Shown one piece after another: positions 45,887-55,370 of a stretch of 64,000 nucleotides of DNA. Within the stretch, counting starts at the first letter, position 1; each line of letters starts with the position of its first letter. The DNA comes from Candidatus Woesearchaeota archaeon (GTDB lineage Archaea; Nanobdellota; Nanobdellia; UBA10117; ARS21), in contig CAYFNR010000002.1 in NCBI GenBank assembly GCA_964344605.1, positions 2,140 to 66,139 of the forward strand. Direction: 5' to 3'. A program made the translations under genes and the position numbers. The notes under the pieces were generated by a model, which was not told the origin of the DNA, made no database searches, and worked only from the letters and a program-made list of their open reading frames with translations.

Positions 45887-46857
45887 TATTTAATTCCATA
45901 CAAATGAATGTCTTTTATGAAAGTCATAGCGACGGACAGTATTATTGGACCCACTACAATCCCAAGTAGACCCAAGACATGTATTCCCCCAAAGATCCCT
46001 AAAAATACGACTAGCGGATGTGTTTTTGCTCTCTTGCTCATGAGATAAGGACGTGCCGCATAATCAAGGATACTTCCAGCAATTAAACCATAAAGTAGAA
46101 TTCCGACTGCGACGCCTGCCAACCCCTTATAGAACATAAAAAGTGCTATACTTACATAAAGTAGGTAGGGACCTAGCACAGGTATCATAGATAAAGCCGC
46201 TGCTGCGACCGCCGCAAGGAAGGGGTAGCTCAGACCAAATATTAGGAATCCAATTGCTGCAATTAGACCTTGTACTAATCCAATAGCAAATGTCACAAAT
46301 ACAAAAGCGTCAACATTCGCACGTACATCTTTAAGCAATATTTCTCTCTTGCTTGGGGGCAGAGGGATTGCTCTCCAAGCCGTACCAAATATCTGCTTCC
46401 CTTGCTTTAGGAAGTAGAAAAGCGCGATGAAGAAAAGAAACGTTGAGACTATTAATGAAGGAATAACGCTTGCCTGTTCAGATATATAAGCAATTGATTT
46501 TGTCATGATAAGTCTGAATATATCATTGAAAGTTGGTCCAAGTACTGCGGTTTGTGCCTTGGATAGGAAGAGGTATATGGAGCCCATTTCATTTAGAATA
46601 AACGAGACACCATAATTTACTATAGATGCCAATATTGCAAGAAGAGCTATACAGACAGTGAAAGCAGCTAATGTATCTGGGAGCTTCTTCTTGATCTTAA
46701 GGTAGAGTGGATGAGTAAGATAAGCTAAAACTGCAGCGAAAAGCAGGGTTGATAAGAATGGCATGACGAACAATATGCCTAGAAAAATAACGGCAAGTAT
46801 AGTGAATGTTTGGAAGTGGCTCATGGTTAGCTGGACCATAAAATTAAGTGTAGCCAA
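45886..46857 (-). CDS. AI-2E/UPF0118 (PerM-like) family membrane transporter
   Basis: ~8 TM, 323 aa, hydrophobic profile and conserved Pro/Gly-rich TM pattern. Confidence 0.5.
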   Translation of the reverse strand: MATLNFMVQLTMSHFQTFTILAVIFLGILFVMPFLSTLLFAAVLAYLTHPLYLKIKKKLPDTLAAFTVCIALLAILASIVNYGVSFILNEMGSIYLFLSKAQTAVLGPTFNDIFRLIMTKSIAYISEQASVIPSLIVSTFLFFIALFYFLKQGKQIFGTAWRAIPLPPSKREILLKDVRANVDAFVFVTFAIGLVQGLIAAIGFLIFGLSYPFLAAVAAAALSMIPVLGPYLLYVSIALFMFYKGLAGVAVGILLYGLIAGSILDYAARPYLMSKRAKTHPLVVFLGIFGGIHVLGLLGIVVGPIILSVAMTFIKDIHLYGIK

Positions 46858-47003
46858 TAGTATTTATGGGTTTTGGCTACTTCAGGGAAAAGTATATTAA
46901 GGAACAAAATCTAATTATAATATGGTTTTTGTTTTTAAGTTGCCACAGTTTTTAAGGAAAGCTTCAGCCGCCGCTGGGCAGGTAACAAGCATCGCTGCTG
47001 GAA

Positions 47004-47537
47004 GTGAATATTGCTAAGGAAGACATGCGATTTATCAATGGCATGCACAAAACAATTACCGCGGCTTTGACCCAGGACGAGCAGGAGCTTGCTGAGCTTG
47101 GGAATGCCAAAAAAGTCCTTGCAGAGACAGAAAAACTAGTGAGAATGCTTATTGCAGACACCACACAAATAGAGCAATTAGAAGCTGCACATGGATTACA
47201 TGGCCAGATGGCCGGGTACCAGAAGCAAAACCAGCAGACGTTCAAAATGATAAAGTCTGACATCTACAGCGCCCATGAACTAATAGAGAGAATTTCCAAG
47301 AATGTGAAGTATCTTAGGAAAGTTTCGGGCAATGTTTCTTCGACGAAATTAAAAGAAGCCACCCGCATCAGAACAGAGCTGAATGCCTTCGCAAACAAAA
47401 CACTTATGGCGACCAAAGAGTACAGTGCGAGACTTCAGGGATTGTTCAAAGACTCTCAGTATGAAGAAACTTTAGCTACTGCCACAATGGGTCTTCCGAA
47501 CCAAGGAAGAATCCCGAAGGAAGAATCCCGTAATTAA
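47004..47537 (+). CDS. hypothetical helical protein (177 aa)
   Basis: Intact ORF; no recognisable motif. Confidence 0.35.
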   Translation: MNIAKEDMRFINGMHKTITAALTQDEQELAELGNAKKVLAETEKLVRMLIADTTQIEQLEAAHGLHGQMAGYQKQNQQTFKMIKSDIYSAHELIERISKNVKYLRKVSGNVSSTKLKEATRIRTELNAFANKTLMATKEYSARLQGLFKDSQYEETLATATMGLPNQGRIPKEESRN

Positions 47538-48148
47538 GCCTGCATTTCTGGATAAAGAATATCATTTATGCCTGTTTCTTTTAATTCATTGAATTTGCGT
47601 TTTAGCTTTCTGTTCCCACACCTTTCCAAAGCTTTTTCCAATCGCTTTCTCAGCATTCCGGGACCGATTAGCTCGGCAAATTCTTCGTCATAAACATCCA
47701 ATGCCAATTCATTTTTAGTCAGCGCTGCTTCAAGAACACTTTGCATCGTTAGGTAAGCTATGGACGCTATTTTAGTCCGATGAGTGAATTCGTCAATGAT
47801 TTCTTCTGGGTAAGGAGAATCTTCGTATATTATCTCACCTGCTCTAAGGTACATCTCTCCAGCTAGATAATATCCGTGCCTAGCCGAAGCTAAGCGCAGA
47901 ACCACAGAACCTTTCTTTGCTCTGATTGCTAAATCCAGGTCAGACGCAATTTCTTCGAGGGGCAGTCCCAACTCTTCCGGAACATCCCCTTCCAAATCCA
48001 CTTCTGTGTCCCCCAAGGATGATGCTAATGTGAGATTCTTTATTAACTGGTAAACATATCCTGCTTTGTGTGTTAGTTCTTCTTCCCCCAAGTCCTTCGT
48101 TATGAAAGCAAGATAATCATACTCAGCCATACTCTCCCTTGAAACCAA
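47534..48148 (-). CDS. hypothetical acidic protein (204 aa)
   Basis: Intact ORF convergent with 47004 gene (stop codons overlap). Confidence 0.4.
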   Translation of the reverse strand: MVSRESMAEYDYLAFITKDLGEEELTHKAGYVYQLIKNLTLASSLGDTEVDLEGDVPEELGLPLEEIASDLDLAIRAKKGSVVLRLASARHGYYLAGEMYLRAGEIIYEDSPYPEEIIDEFTHRTKIASIAYLTMQSVLEAALTKNELALDVYDEEFAELIGPGMLRKRLEKALERCGNRKLKRKFNELKETGINDILYPEMQA

Positions 48149-48180
48149 AATCTTAAAAACCTTCTCTTCAGCTCTAAAGC

Positions 48181-48927
48181 ATGCTAAGATTAGTAGGCTT
48201 GGGACTGAGTTGGAAAGATTTATCTTTACAGGGCCTAGAAGAAATCCATGATTCTGAAATTGTTTATTTAGAAGGCTACACTTCAGTCTCAGATTTCTCA
48301 GTACAAAAGCTAGAAAGACTGCTTGGCAAGAAGATTAACATATTAAACAGAAAGGATGTGGAAGAGGAACAGAAATTCCTAAAGGAAGCCAAGACAAAAG
48401 AAGTTACGTTGTTGGTCTATGGAGACCCTCTTTCTGCAACAACCCACTACGAGATTTTGCAAGAGGCTAGAAAGCGTAAAATCAAAACTAAAATAGTTCA
48501 TGCTCCTTCTGTTTTTAGTGCGGTTGCGGAGACAGGATTGTCATTGTACAGATTTGGCAAGACGGCATCCATCCCTTTCAAGCAGAAAGGCTTTGAGCCA
48601 GCATCATTCTTCAACATTTTGAAAGAAAATCTTTCACAAAATGCCCACACACTTTTCCTTCTCGATTTGGACCCAGAGAAAAAGAAATTTCTTACAATTA
48701 AGAACGCATTAGACAGATTACTTGCTCTTTCGGGTGGGGACAACATAATCGACAAAAAAACAACTTTTGTTGGCTGCGCAAGATTGGGGTCGGAGACACA
48801 AATTATAAAAGAAGGCAACGCTTCAGAATTAAAGAAGCAAAACTTTGGAAAACCACCATACTGTCTCATAGTGCCTGCAAAGCTTAACTTCAAAGAGAAA
48901 GAATATTTACATGGTAAGAGAAACTGA
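48181..48927 (+). CDS. dphB: diphthine synthase (DphB/Dph5)
   Basis: Tetrapyrrole-methylase fold start MLRLVGLGL, 248 aa, conserved YGDPL motif (VYGDPLSATTH). Confidence 0.8.
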   Translation: MLRLVGLGLSWKDLSLQGLEEIHDSEIVYLEGYTSVSDFSVQKLERLLGKKINILNRKDVEEEQKFLKEAKTKEVTLLVYGDPLSATTHYEILQEARKRKIKTKIVHAPSVFSAVAETGLSLYRFGKTASIPFKQKGFEPASFFNILKENLSQNAHTLFLLDLDPEKKKFLTIKNALDRLLALSGGDNIIDKKTTFVGCARLGSETQIIKEGNASELKKQNFGKPPYCLIVPAKLNFKEKEYLHGKRN

Positions 48928-49270
48928 GCACCAAAAAATTTCTAGAAAAAGGCATAGATATTCTGAATTGTACCATTACTTAAACAAGGCGGCACACCAA
49001 GCCCTGGCAGTAGAGCATGAACTCCGCAGTGCAGAGACTTACAGTAGGGAGATGGTCAATTTAGAGGCTGAATTACACGATTTAAAATCGAGACTTCGAA
49101 GTGCCAAAGGGTACGAGAAAAGAGACATCCTAAATAGAATCACTGCAAAGCGTACTCGTTATAGTAGGTTAAGTAAAGGTATACACTGGGCAAGGATAGG
49201 TAGGCTGCTTAAAAGGATGAAGGATATGCTGCGAGATGTTTCTAGAGCTGCCAGACTTGCTAGGCGCTAA
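48911..49270 (+). CDS. hypothetical Arg-rich basic protein (119 aa), locally GC-enriched
   Basis: ORF overlapping dphB 3' end by 17 nt and pelota 3' end by 11 nt; composition differs from neighbours. Confidence 0.3.
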   Translation: MVRETEHQKISRKRHRYSELYHYLNKAAHQALAVEHELRSAETYSREMVNLEAELHDLKSRLRSAKGYEKRDILNRITAKRTRYSRLSKGIHWARIGRLLKRMKDMLRDVSRAARLARR

Positions 49271-50306
49271 ATCTTAGCAGTGCTCCAATTCCACTGAGGC
49301 CATTAAGTTTTTGTCCAGCATCGCCTTTCGAGTTGATTATGTGGACTACGCCCCCTAACTTCTCAACTTCGTCAATTATTGGTAGAATTTCTTCTTTAAG
49401 GTCGGCCAGTTTGGAGTCAGTGATTAACAAAGTTTCAACAGAACCTGTTGGAGCATACTTTGAGACTTTAGCTTTCTTGTAAGCTACTAGATCACTATCT
49501 TTTGCTATTTCTTTAAGTAAGGTTTCCACTATCTTTGACTCTTTGGCTGCCTGAGTCTGCTTGGTTATCTTATCTAGGGCGCCACCATTAACTAATTCTT
49601 GGACGCCCTTTTCATCTCCTGAAGTGGTGTTTTCCAAATGAATCTTCTTGCTGAATTTAGGATAAAGTTCCTTGCACCTCTTGAAGACAATTTCTTTCCA
49701 GAATAGAGGGCTACCAATAATTACAACTTCAATATCTTCCCTTGCTTTTTCATTTATATTCTCTACCAGTCTATCAATATCTTGTTGGGGCTTCCTTTGC
49801 TTTTCTTCATAGAGCTTCCTACTTAAGCGTAGACTCATTTCTCCTTGAAGAGTATACCCCGCAGCTGTAAGAAATGCAAATGTGGCACGCTCATCATCTA
49901 AAACACAAACCAGGGCTTTTGGAGCAGCTGAAGCTTCCTCTGCTTCCTCCAACCTTTTAATCTGAAATTCTCTCCACTGTTCTTTGTAGATTTCGAATGT
50001 AGTACCTAATTGAATATCTAAAGAATGCGCAGAATGGAGTGGAACAGCTTCAATTTCATTTTCTACAGTTCCGTGGATTTTAAGATGTGCTCCCAAATCT
50101 ACATCCTCTACTTTAATTTGGACGTATATCCCTCGCTTTACTGCTTTCTGCCTTTCGCCTTCTCCTGCAAGCTTGACTTTCCTTGAACTTTGGCCTGAAA
50201 CCAGATCTCCTGCTTCGATGACCTTACTCAAGTGCCATAGATCATCTAGACTATCAATTTTGATTTTAGCAATCCCTAACTTGCGTTTGAAGCCAAGTAT
50301 TTTCAT
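49260..50306 (-). CDS. pelA: Pelota / Dom34 (mRNA surveillance, aRF1 paralogue)
   Basis: N-terminal Sm-like domain MKILGFKRK..LDDLWHLSKVIEAGDLV, central and eRF1-like C-terminal domains, 348 aa. Confidence 0.85.
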   Translation of the reverse strand: MKILGFKRKLGIAKIKIDSLDDLWHLSKVIEAGDLVSGQSSRKVKLAGEGERQKAVKRGIYVQIKVEDVDLGAHLKIHGTVENEIEAVPLHSAHSLDIQLGTTFEIYKEQWREFQIKRLEEAEEASAAPKALVCVLDDERATFAFLTAAGYTLQGEMSLRLSRKLYEEKQRKPQQDIDRLVENINEKAREDIEVVIIGSPLFWKEIVFKRCKELYPKFSKKIHLENTTSGDEKGVQELVNGGALDKITKQTQAAKESKIVETLLKEIAKDSDLVAYKKAKVSKYAPTGSVETLLITDSKLADLKEEILPIIDEVEKLGGVVHIINSKGDAGQKLNGLSGIGALLRFSA

Positions 50307-50382
50307 ACGGGATTTATCTATTACAACCTATTAAATCTTTGCTAGAGGAACTTTTATTAATGTCCATAAACTAAGATAAGCA

Positions 50383-51540
50383 ATGACCAAAAATTATAGA
50401 CATGACCCTGTTGCAGCAGTAATTCTTCTTACAATACTTGCTGCCTTATTCTTCTACATATTTTCGGTTCCGACCGAAGTGAGAGAAGAGCTCTTGCCAT
50501 CAACGGTAACTTACGAAAATACATGGCTCACATCTTCTCCAGGGGGAGTCCCAATCCAAAAAGCCGAAATTGATTTTAAGCTCGTAACTTTTCCAACAAC
50601 TACTGTAGACAACACTCTAAAAGCGGAACCCACTCTACTCTCAAACCAATTTTCAGTTTCATCTGGAGTATATAGTGCTGTACCACAAGCTTTCAGCTTT
50701 AACATTGATGATACTGCTGCTGTGTATGATGTCAGAGTGCCCTTGACCGTAGCCGGCAAAAGCGGCTCAGGAAGGCTGGAGGCTTCTTTAAACGGACAGA
50801 AAATATATTCCGCAAGCAATGTCATTGGAGAGCAAGCGGTAATCATAATCCCAACACATTTGTTGCAAACTGGGGCAAATTCCTTAACCTTTTCAGCAAG
50901 TTCACCAGGATTTAAGTTTTGGCAGAGCAATTCCTATGTGTTATCTAGCGCCACAATAGAGATAAGTAGATACAGTTCCAATCAGGCTTCTGTAGCGAGA
51001 CCATTTTCCTTGTCGAGCGATGAGGCAGCAAATATTGAAAGCTCCGAGCTTACTATGTTCGTCCGTAGATTGTCGACTGTGTCCACTAATTTAGAAGTAG
51101 GGTTGAATGGAGCTACTTTGTTTAGCGGAATCCCTCCTTCAACATTCTCCGTTGATGTTCCAACAAATTTGCTCAAATCTGGGCAGAATGATATAACTTT
51201 CAGTGTCGACGAGGAAGGCAAATACGAGATGAATTTCATTGTAATCCGAATACAAACTGAAACAATTAAAGGAGGGTTAGATTATTTCTTCACTATAAGC
51301 TCCTCTGATTGGAGAAGGGTACAGGGCGGAGCCTATACTTGTGAAATGCTTATTAGAAAAACCACGGGGGCCAATAGCGTAGTTGTCCAGCTAAATTCCC
51401 ATACAGGAGAGTACCATTTTTCTGCAGGAGAAGTTAAAGTTGATGTCTGCGAACAGCTCAGAGAAGGATCAAACAAGATAAGCATAACTTCTGATGAAGC
51501 GCTTGATTTGGCAGATATTAGTGTTGGAATAAAACCTTAG
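50383..51540 (+). CDS. hypothetical N-terminally anchored extracellular protein with two internal repeats
   Basis: N-term TM VAAVILLTILAALFFYIFSV; Ser/Thr-rich beta-like ectodomain; repeats LNGQKIYSASNVIGEQAVIIIPTHLLQTGANSLTFSASS / LNGATLFSGIPPSTFSVDVPTNLLKSGQNDITFSVDEEG. Confidence 0.55.
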   Translation: MTKNYRHDPVAAVILLTILAALFFYIFSVPTEVREELLPSTVTYENTWLTSSPGGVPIQKAEIDFKLVTFPTTTVDNTLKAEPTLLSNQFSVSSGVYSAVPQAFSFNIDDTAAVYDVRVPLTVAGKSGSGRLEASLNGQKIYSASNVIGEQAVIIIPTHLLQTGANSLTFSASSPGFKFWQSNSYVLSSATIEISRYSSNQASVARPFSLSSDEAANIESSELTMFVRRLSTVSTNLEVGLNGATLFSGIPPSTFSVDVPTNLLKSGQNDITFSVDEEGKYEMNFIVIRIQTETIKGGLDYFFTISSSDWRRVQGGAYTCEMLIRKTTGANSVVVQLNSHTGEYHFSAGEVKVDVCEQLREGSNKISITSDEALDLADISVGIKP

Positions 51541-51541
51541 A

Positions 51542-53296
51542 ATGGTTGATTATAGCCACCTAGGGGGAGTTGGTACAAAAACAAATGCTCTCTTAGAAGG
51601 CCACAGTCATGAAGATATACATGAAGGAGGACATGATTTTCTTAGAGATTTAGGTATTAATCATGGACCGAGGAGGGAGGCAATTCTCACGGAGGCTGAG
51701 AGAAATGTGGTAGCGGGACCAGCAGCACCTGCTGAGCCACCAGCTCAACCTCCAGCAGTGCCAGCAGGATCAGCACCTCCCCCAATAAGGATGCCACCGC
51801 CAGCAAGATCGCCACTTGGCCCAATACCTGCAGACTTAGACGCTGAGGGAGAAGGGAAAAATAAAGTTATAAAGTTCTTTGGAATGGTTGTCACCTTGGT
51901 GCTTATTTTCTTAGTTTCTAGTTTTGTATTAGGTCCAGGATGGGCTGTATTGATTGTTGGCATAGTAGCTTTCATTTTTATTTTTATATATTTTTTAGGT
52001 AAAAAGAAAGGCAAGGTTGACTGGGCAATATTTATTATTTTGCTTATTATCTTAGTTGTTGGTGGGTTGTGGGTAGGAAATAATATTGCTAAGTCCACTA
52101 CTGGCAAAGGCCTCTGGGAGTTGGGCTCTGAGGCTTTGTTTGCTATTGAATTGGGCCGTGAAGAAACAAGTCCGCAGCGCAATACCCTAGCTGCCCTTTT
52201 TAAAGGTGAGTGGGATCTAGATCAGCAAAAATGGGAGTCCAGACAGGTCCAAGATAGTTATGTCGTTCCTGAAGATGCAGGGGTTGTGTTTGAGGATATC
52301 GCTCCTTCACAGAGCAACTTTTTCTCCGACGAGATTCTTGAAGTTACGGGAGATGTTACTATAGTGAGTCTTTTTGAAGATGGGCAAGATATAGAAATAA
52401 CCACTCCCTTAGAGATTGACGTTGAGATTCAAAGATGCAAAAGTGCCTTGAGCGAAGGACTTATTGGGCGAGCATTTGATGAATTTTCAGAACTTTTCGG
52501 TGGAAGGATAGCTATGACTGACTGGTGTGGAAAGTCCTGGACATGCGAGATACCTGGAGAAGACCCAGTTAGTGACAACAAATTTGAGGTCGACAAGGCA
52601 TATAACAGGTTCTTTGCGTGTGAGCATTCAGGAATAACTACGTCAGAAAATATTATTGATTTAAATGCTAAAGTTGTTTGGGATTATACTACACAGGCTG
52701 TTTCAGGCAAGCAGGTATTTGTGGCGAGCCCAGACGCGCTGGCTCGCATAGAGGACCTTAGGACCCATTATAATATACCAAGTACAGCATTTGACCCTTG
52801 GTCTATTAGTGATGGTACAGTGAATTTTGGTGTAGGTTTTGATAAAAAATGGGAATTTTTGAGGGCAGGTTCAAAGTACCGGCTAGGAGTTAGTGTTGTT
52901 AATGATGGCAGAGGTGATGTTGTGGAGATAAATGATTTAGAAGTTAGCATACCTCACGATGAAGATATCATCATGATTTCAAGTGATAAGGAAGAGATTA
53001 GGAATAAGGCTGATATAGGAAAGGAGTCAGGACAGTTCGTTTTTGACAGGATAGATGAAGTAAATGGTACAGTCCCCGTTAAAGTCTTTAAACTCAAAGG
53101 TCTACCTCTTAATCTTAAGGATGGAAAAGAAGAGATAGAACCAGGTTTCTCCAATACTTATTATCTCAAACTAACTATAAATGAAGATTACTTGCAAGGA
53201 TCAAATTATCAAAGCTTCTTTACGAAGGCCAAGATTTCTTACGACTATGAACAAGGTAAAAGGACAAGAATAAAGATCAAACCAGAACCTTTTTGA
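51542..53296 (+). CDS. hypothetical membrane protein: His/Pro-rich cytoplasmic N-terminus, 3 TM, large extracellular domain
   Basis: HSHEDIHEGGHDF then PAAPAEPPAQPPAVPAGSAPPPIRMPPPARSPLGP; three hydrophobic helices; ~370-aa C-terminal domain with paired Cys. Confidence 0.55.
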   Translation: MVDYSHLGGVGTKTNALLEGHSHEDIHEGGHDFLRDLGINHGPRREAILTEAERNVVAGPAAPAEPPAQPPAVPAGSAPPPIRMPPPARSPLGPIPADLDAEGEGKNKVIKFFGMVVTLVLIFLVSSFVLGPGWAVLIVGIVAFIFIFIYFLGKKKGKVDWAIFIILLIILVVGGLWVGNNIAKSTTGKGLWELGSEALFAIELGREETSPQRNTLAALFKGEWDLDQQKWESRQVQDSYVVPEDAGVVFEDIAPSQSNFFSDEILEVTGDVTIVSLFEDGQDIEITTPLEIDVEIQRCKSALSEGLIGRAFDEFSELFGGRIAMTDWCGKSWTCEIPGEDPVSDNKFEVDKAYNRFFACEHSGITTSENIIDLNAKVVWDYTTQAVSGKQVFVASPDALARIEDLRTHYNIPSTAFDPWSISDGTVNFGVGFDKKWEFLRAGSKYRLGVSVVNDGRGDVVEINDLEVSIPHDEDIIMISSDKEEIRNKADIGKESGQFVFDRIDEVNGTVPVKVFKLKGLPLNLKDGKEEIEPGFSNTYYLKLTINEDYLQGSNYQSFFTKAKISYDYEQGKRTRIKIKPEPF

Positions 53297-53343
53297 CCAA
53301 AGCATAAAGTATAAAAACGAGCAACTGCTTTTCATACTTAAAC

Positions 53344-54342
53344 ATGCTGTCGTTTGATAGATTAAAATCTACTTTACTCCCTTTTTTAATTGTAGCCGTT
53401 GTTTTAGTTAGTGGATGTGTAAATCAAACGGCTGACGAAGGAGTAGTTCCTACAGGGATGGAGGGAATAGTTGTGACTTTTTTTCAAGGAGCACCGCCCT
53501 CTGTTTTGGGGGAAGGTGAGACTTTTGACGCTGGAGTGACCATTGAGAATAAAGGTGATCATGAAGTGGTTGTTGGAGATGCGGAGATATATCTTAGAGG
53601 GGTCAATCCTACAAACTTCGGATATGGGGGTGTTGGTCAGATACCAGCTAATCAGCAAGTACTTTCTAATCTAGTGGGAGCACAGTTGTTGGATAATCAA
53701 CTTATTGGTGGACAGGATGCTTTGACTTGGCCAGACCTGTGTTATCGTGTTGATTTAAATACAGATCAAGTTGTCGATTTCATAGCGCAGAGCTGCTACA
53801 AATATAAAAGTAAAGCTCGTTTTGACGGTTGCTTCAACGAAAATGCGTACAGACAAACAACGGGCACCGAGCTCTGTTCGGTTTTAGGTGATAAATTAAT
53901 TTCAAATAGTAGGGCGCCAGTCCAAATTACAAGCGTGTCCGAAAGCCCGGCCGGAGAAGGAAAGTTTAGGTTTATAGTGAAAGTTGGGAACCTAGGTACA
54001 GGTCAAGTCTATACTGAAGATTTAGGAACAGCTTGTGTTGACGCGGCAATTAGAGAACTAAATGTGGTGCACATAGATGGAATTAAAATTGGTGCAACTT
54101 CTCTTGATTTGGGAGACACAGCCACAGTTACATCTGCCACGTGGCTTGGGACGCAGAAGCCATATTTTAAGCTTGTAAATGGAGAGGGACAGTTCATGTT
54201 TACATATGCTCCATCATTTACAGCTGTGCCTATTTACATAGATCCTGTGGAAATAACTCTGAGTTATGGGTACTCTGACCAGGTAATTACCTCAACTCAG
54301 ATTTCATCTATACCTGGAGTGAACCCCCAATCTGTATGTTAA
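53344..54342 (+). CDS. hypothetical secreted protein, putative lipoprotein (lipobox LVSGC)
   Basis: Signal-like N-term ending VVLVSGCVNQT; paralogue of next gene. Confidence 0.55.
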   Translation: MLSFDRLKSTLLPFLIVAVVLVSGCVNQTADEGVVPTGMEGIVVTFFQGAPPSVLGEGETFDAGVTIENKGDHEVVVGDAEIYLRGVNPTNFGYGGVGQIPANQQVLSNLVGAQLLDNQLIGGQDALTWPDLCYRVDLNTDQVVDFIAQSCYKYKSKARFDGCFNENAYRQTTGTELCSVLGDKLISNSRAPVQITSVSESPAGEGKFRFIVKVGNLGTGQVYTEDLGTACVDAAIRELNVVHIDGIKIGATSLDLGDTATVTSATWLGTQKPYFKLVNGEGQFMFTYAPSFTAVPIYIDPVEITLSYGYSDQVITSTQISSIPGVNPQSVC

Positions 54343-54380
54343 TCCAATAAATATATATTCTAACTACGTGTACGTTCTGT

Positions 54381-55331
54381 ATGAGATTTAGGTCTTTGCT
54401 CATATTTTCTTTGATTGTCTTAGTTAGCGGATGCTTAGGACAGACTCCTGAAGAAACACTATCAACTGGACAGTTTATTGGAGGAGATAAGGGTCTTGAG
54501 CTTTCTTATGTTGAACTCCCTCCCAGAGTTTTTCAAAATACTCCATTTGAAATAGATGTAATGGCCGTTAATGAAGGTGAGACAGACATTCCTGTAGGTG
54601 TAGCTACATTCAAACTTAGCAATTCTAGAGTTTTTGGTCTGACTGAAGAAGAAGCTGTTAAGATAAATGAAGAGTCTCTTGCAAAGGCGGCTGAGTTTGG
54701 TGGCTTTGGAGGACAGACTTTCATAACCTTCGAAGTTCCAGGATATTCGGGAGGTGTTTTAAGTACGGAGTCTCCAGTTCCAATATCTATAGATGCTTGT
54801 TATCCTTATGAAACTAATGCGGTTGTAGATATATGTATTGCGCGCAGCGATTTTTCTGAAGTTTGTACTCCTTCCGAAATAAAAAATACACAAAATAGCG
54901 GATCTCCAATACATGTTTCTGAGGTTGAGCAAGTTCTTAGTTTACTAATACTCGAAAAAGTTAGAATTGGAATTATTATAAGAGTGGAAATTAAAGGGGA
55001 ACTAACAGACAGAATCTATAGCACAGCAGTAGAGGGAGTCGCTGAGGGTACTACTTGTGGTGAAAGAAACTCTCAATTTGAAAATCAGATTTCTATCCAA
55101 GATATTAGAATAGGAAGTGCAACCCCTTACACAGCTCAGGAAATAGAAAGTTCATGTGGTTCAAGTATTATAGGTTTGAATGCTGAAGGTAAGGGAAGAG
55201 TCCAGTGTAATTTCGAGATTAAAGATTATGTTTCAGGTGCAGGAGATTATGTCGAAAGAATGACAATAAAACTTGGATATCTTCACTCAACCTTGGCAAA
55301 CACAAACATAAATATAATACCTGTTGAGTAA
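54381..55331 (+). CDS. hypothetical secreted protein, putative lipoprotein (lipobox LVSGC), paralogue of 53344 gene
   Basis: N-term LIFSLIVLVSGCLGQT; shared blocks with upstream protein (..DICIARSDFSEVC vs ..FIAQSCYKYK; GSPIHVSEVEQ vs RAPVQITSVSE; KVRIGIIIRVEIKG vs KFRFIVKVGNLG). Confidence 0.55.
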   Translation: MRFRSLLIFSLIVLVSGCLGQTPEETLSTGQFIGGDKGLELSYVELPPRVFQNTPFEIDVMAVNEGETDIPVGVATFKLSNSRVFGLTEEEAVKINEESLAKAAEFGGFGGQTFITFEVPGYSGGVLSTESPVPISIDACYPYETNAVVDICIARSDFSEVCTPSEIKNTQNSGSPIHVSEVEQVLSLLILEKVRIGIIIRVEIKGELTDRIYSTAVEGVAEGTTCGERNSQFENQISIQDIRIGSATPYTAQEIESSCGSSIIGLNAEGKGRVQCNFEIKDYVSGAGDYVERMTIKLGYLHSTLANTNINIIPVE

Positions 55332-55370
55332 TTTAGCTAATGTTTTAAACTTGAGTTTTCTCAAAGTTTT

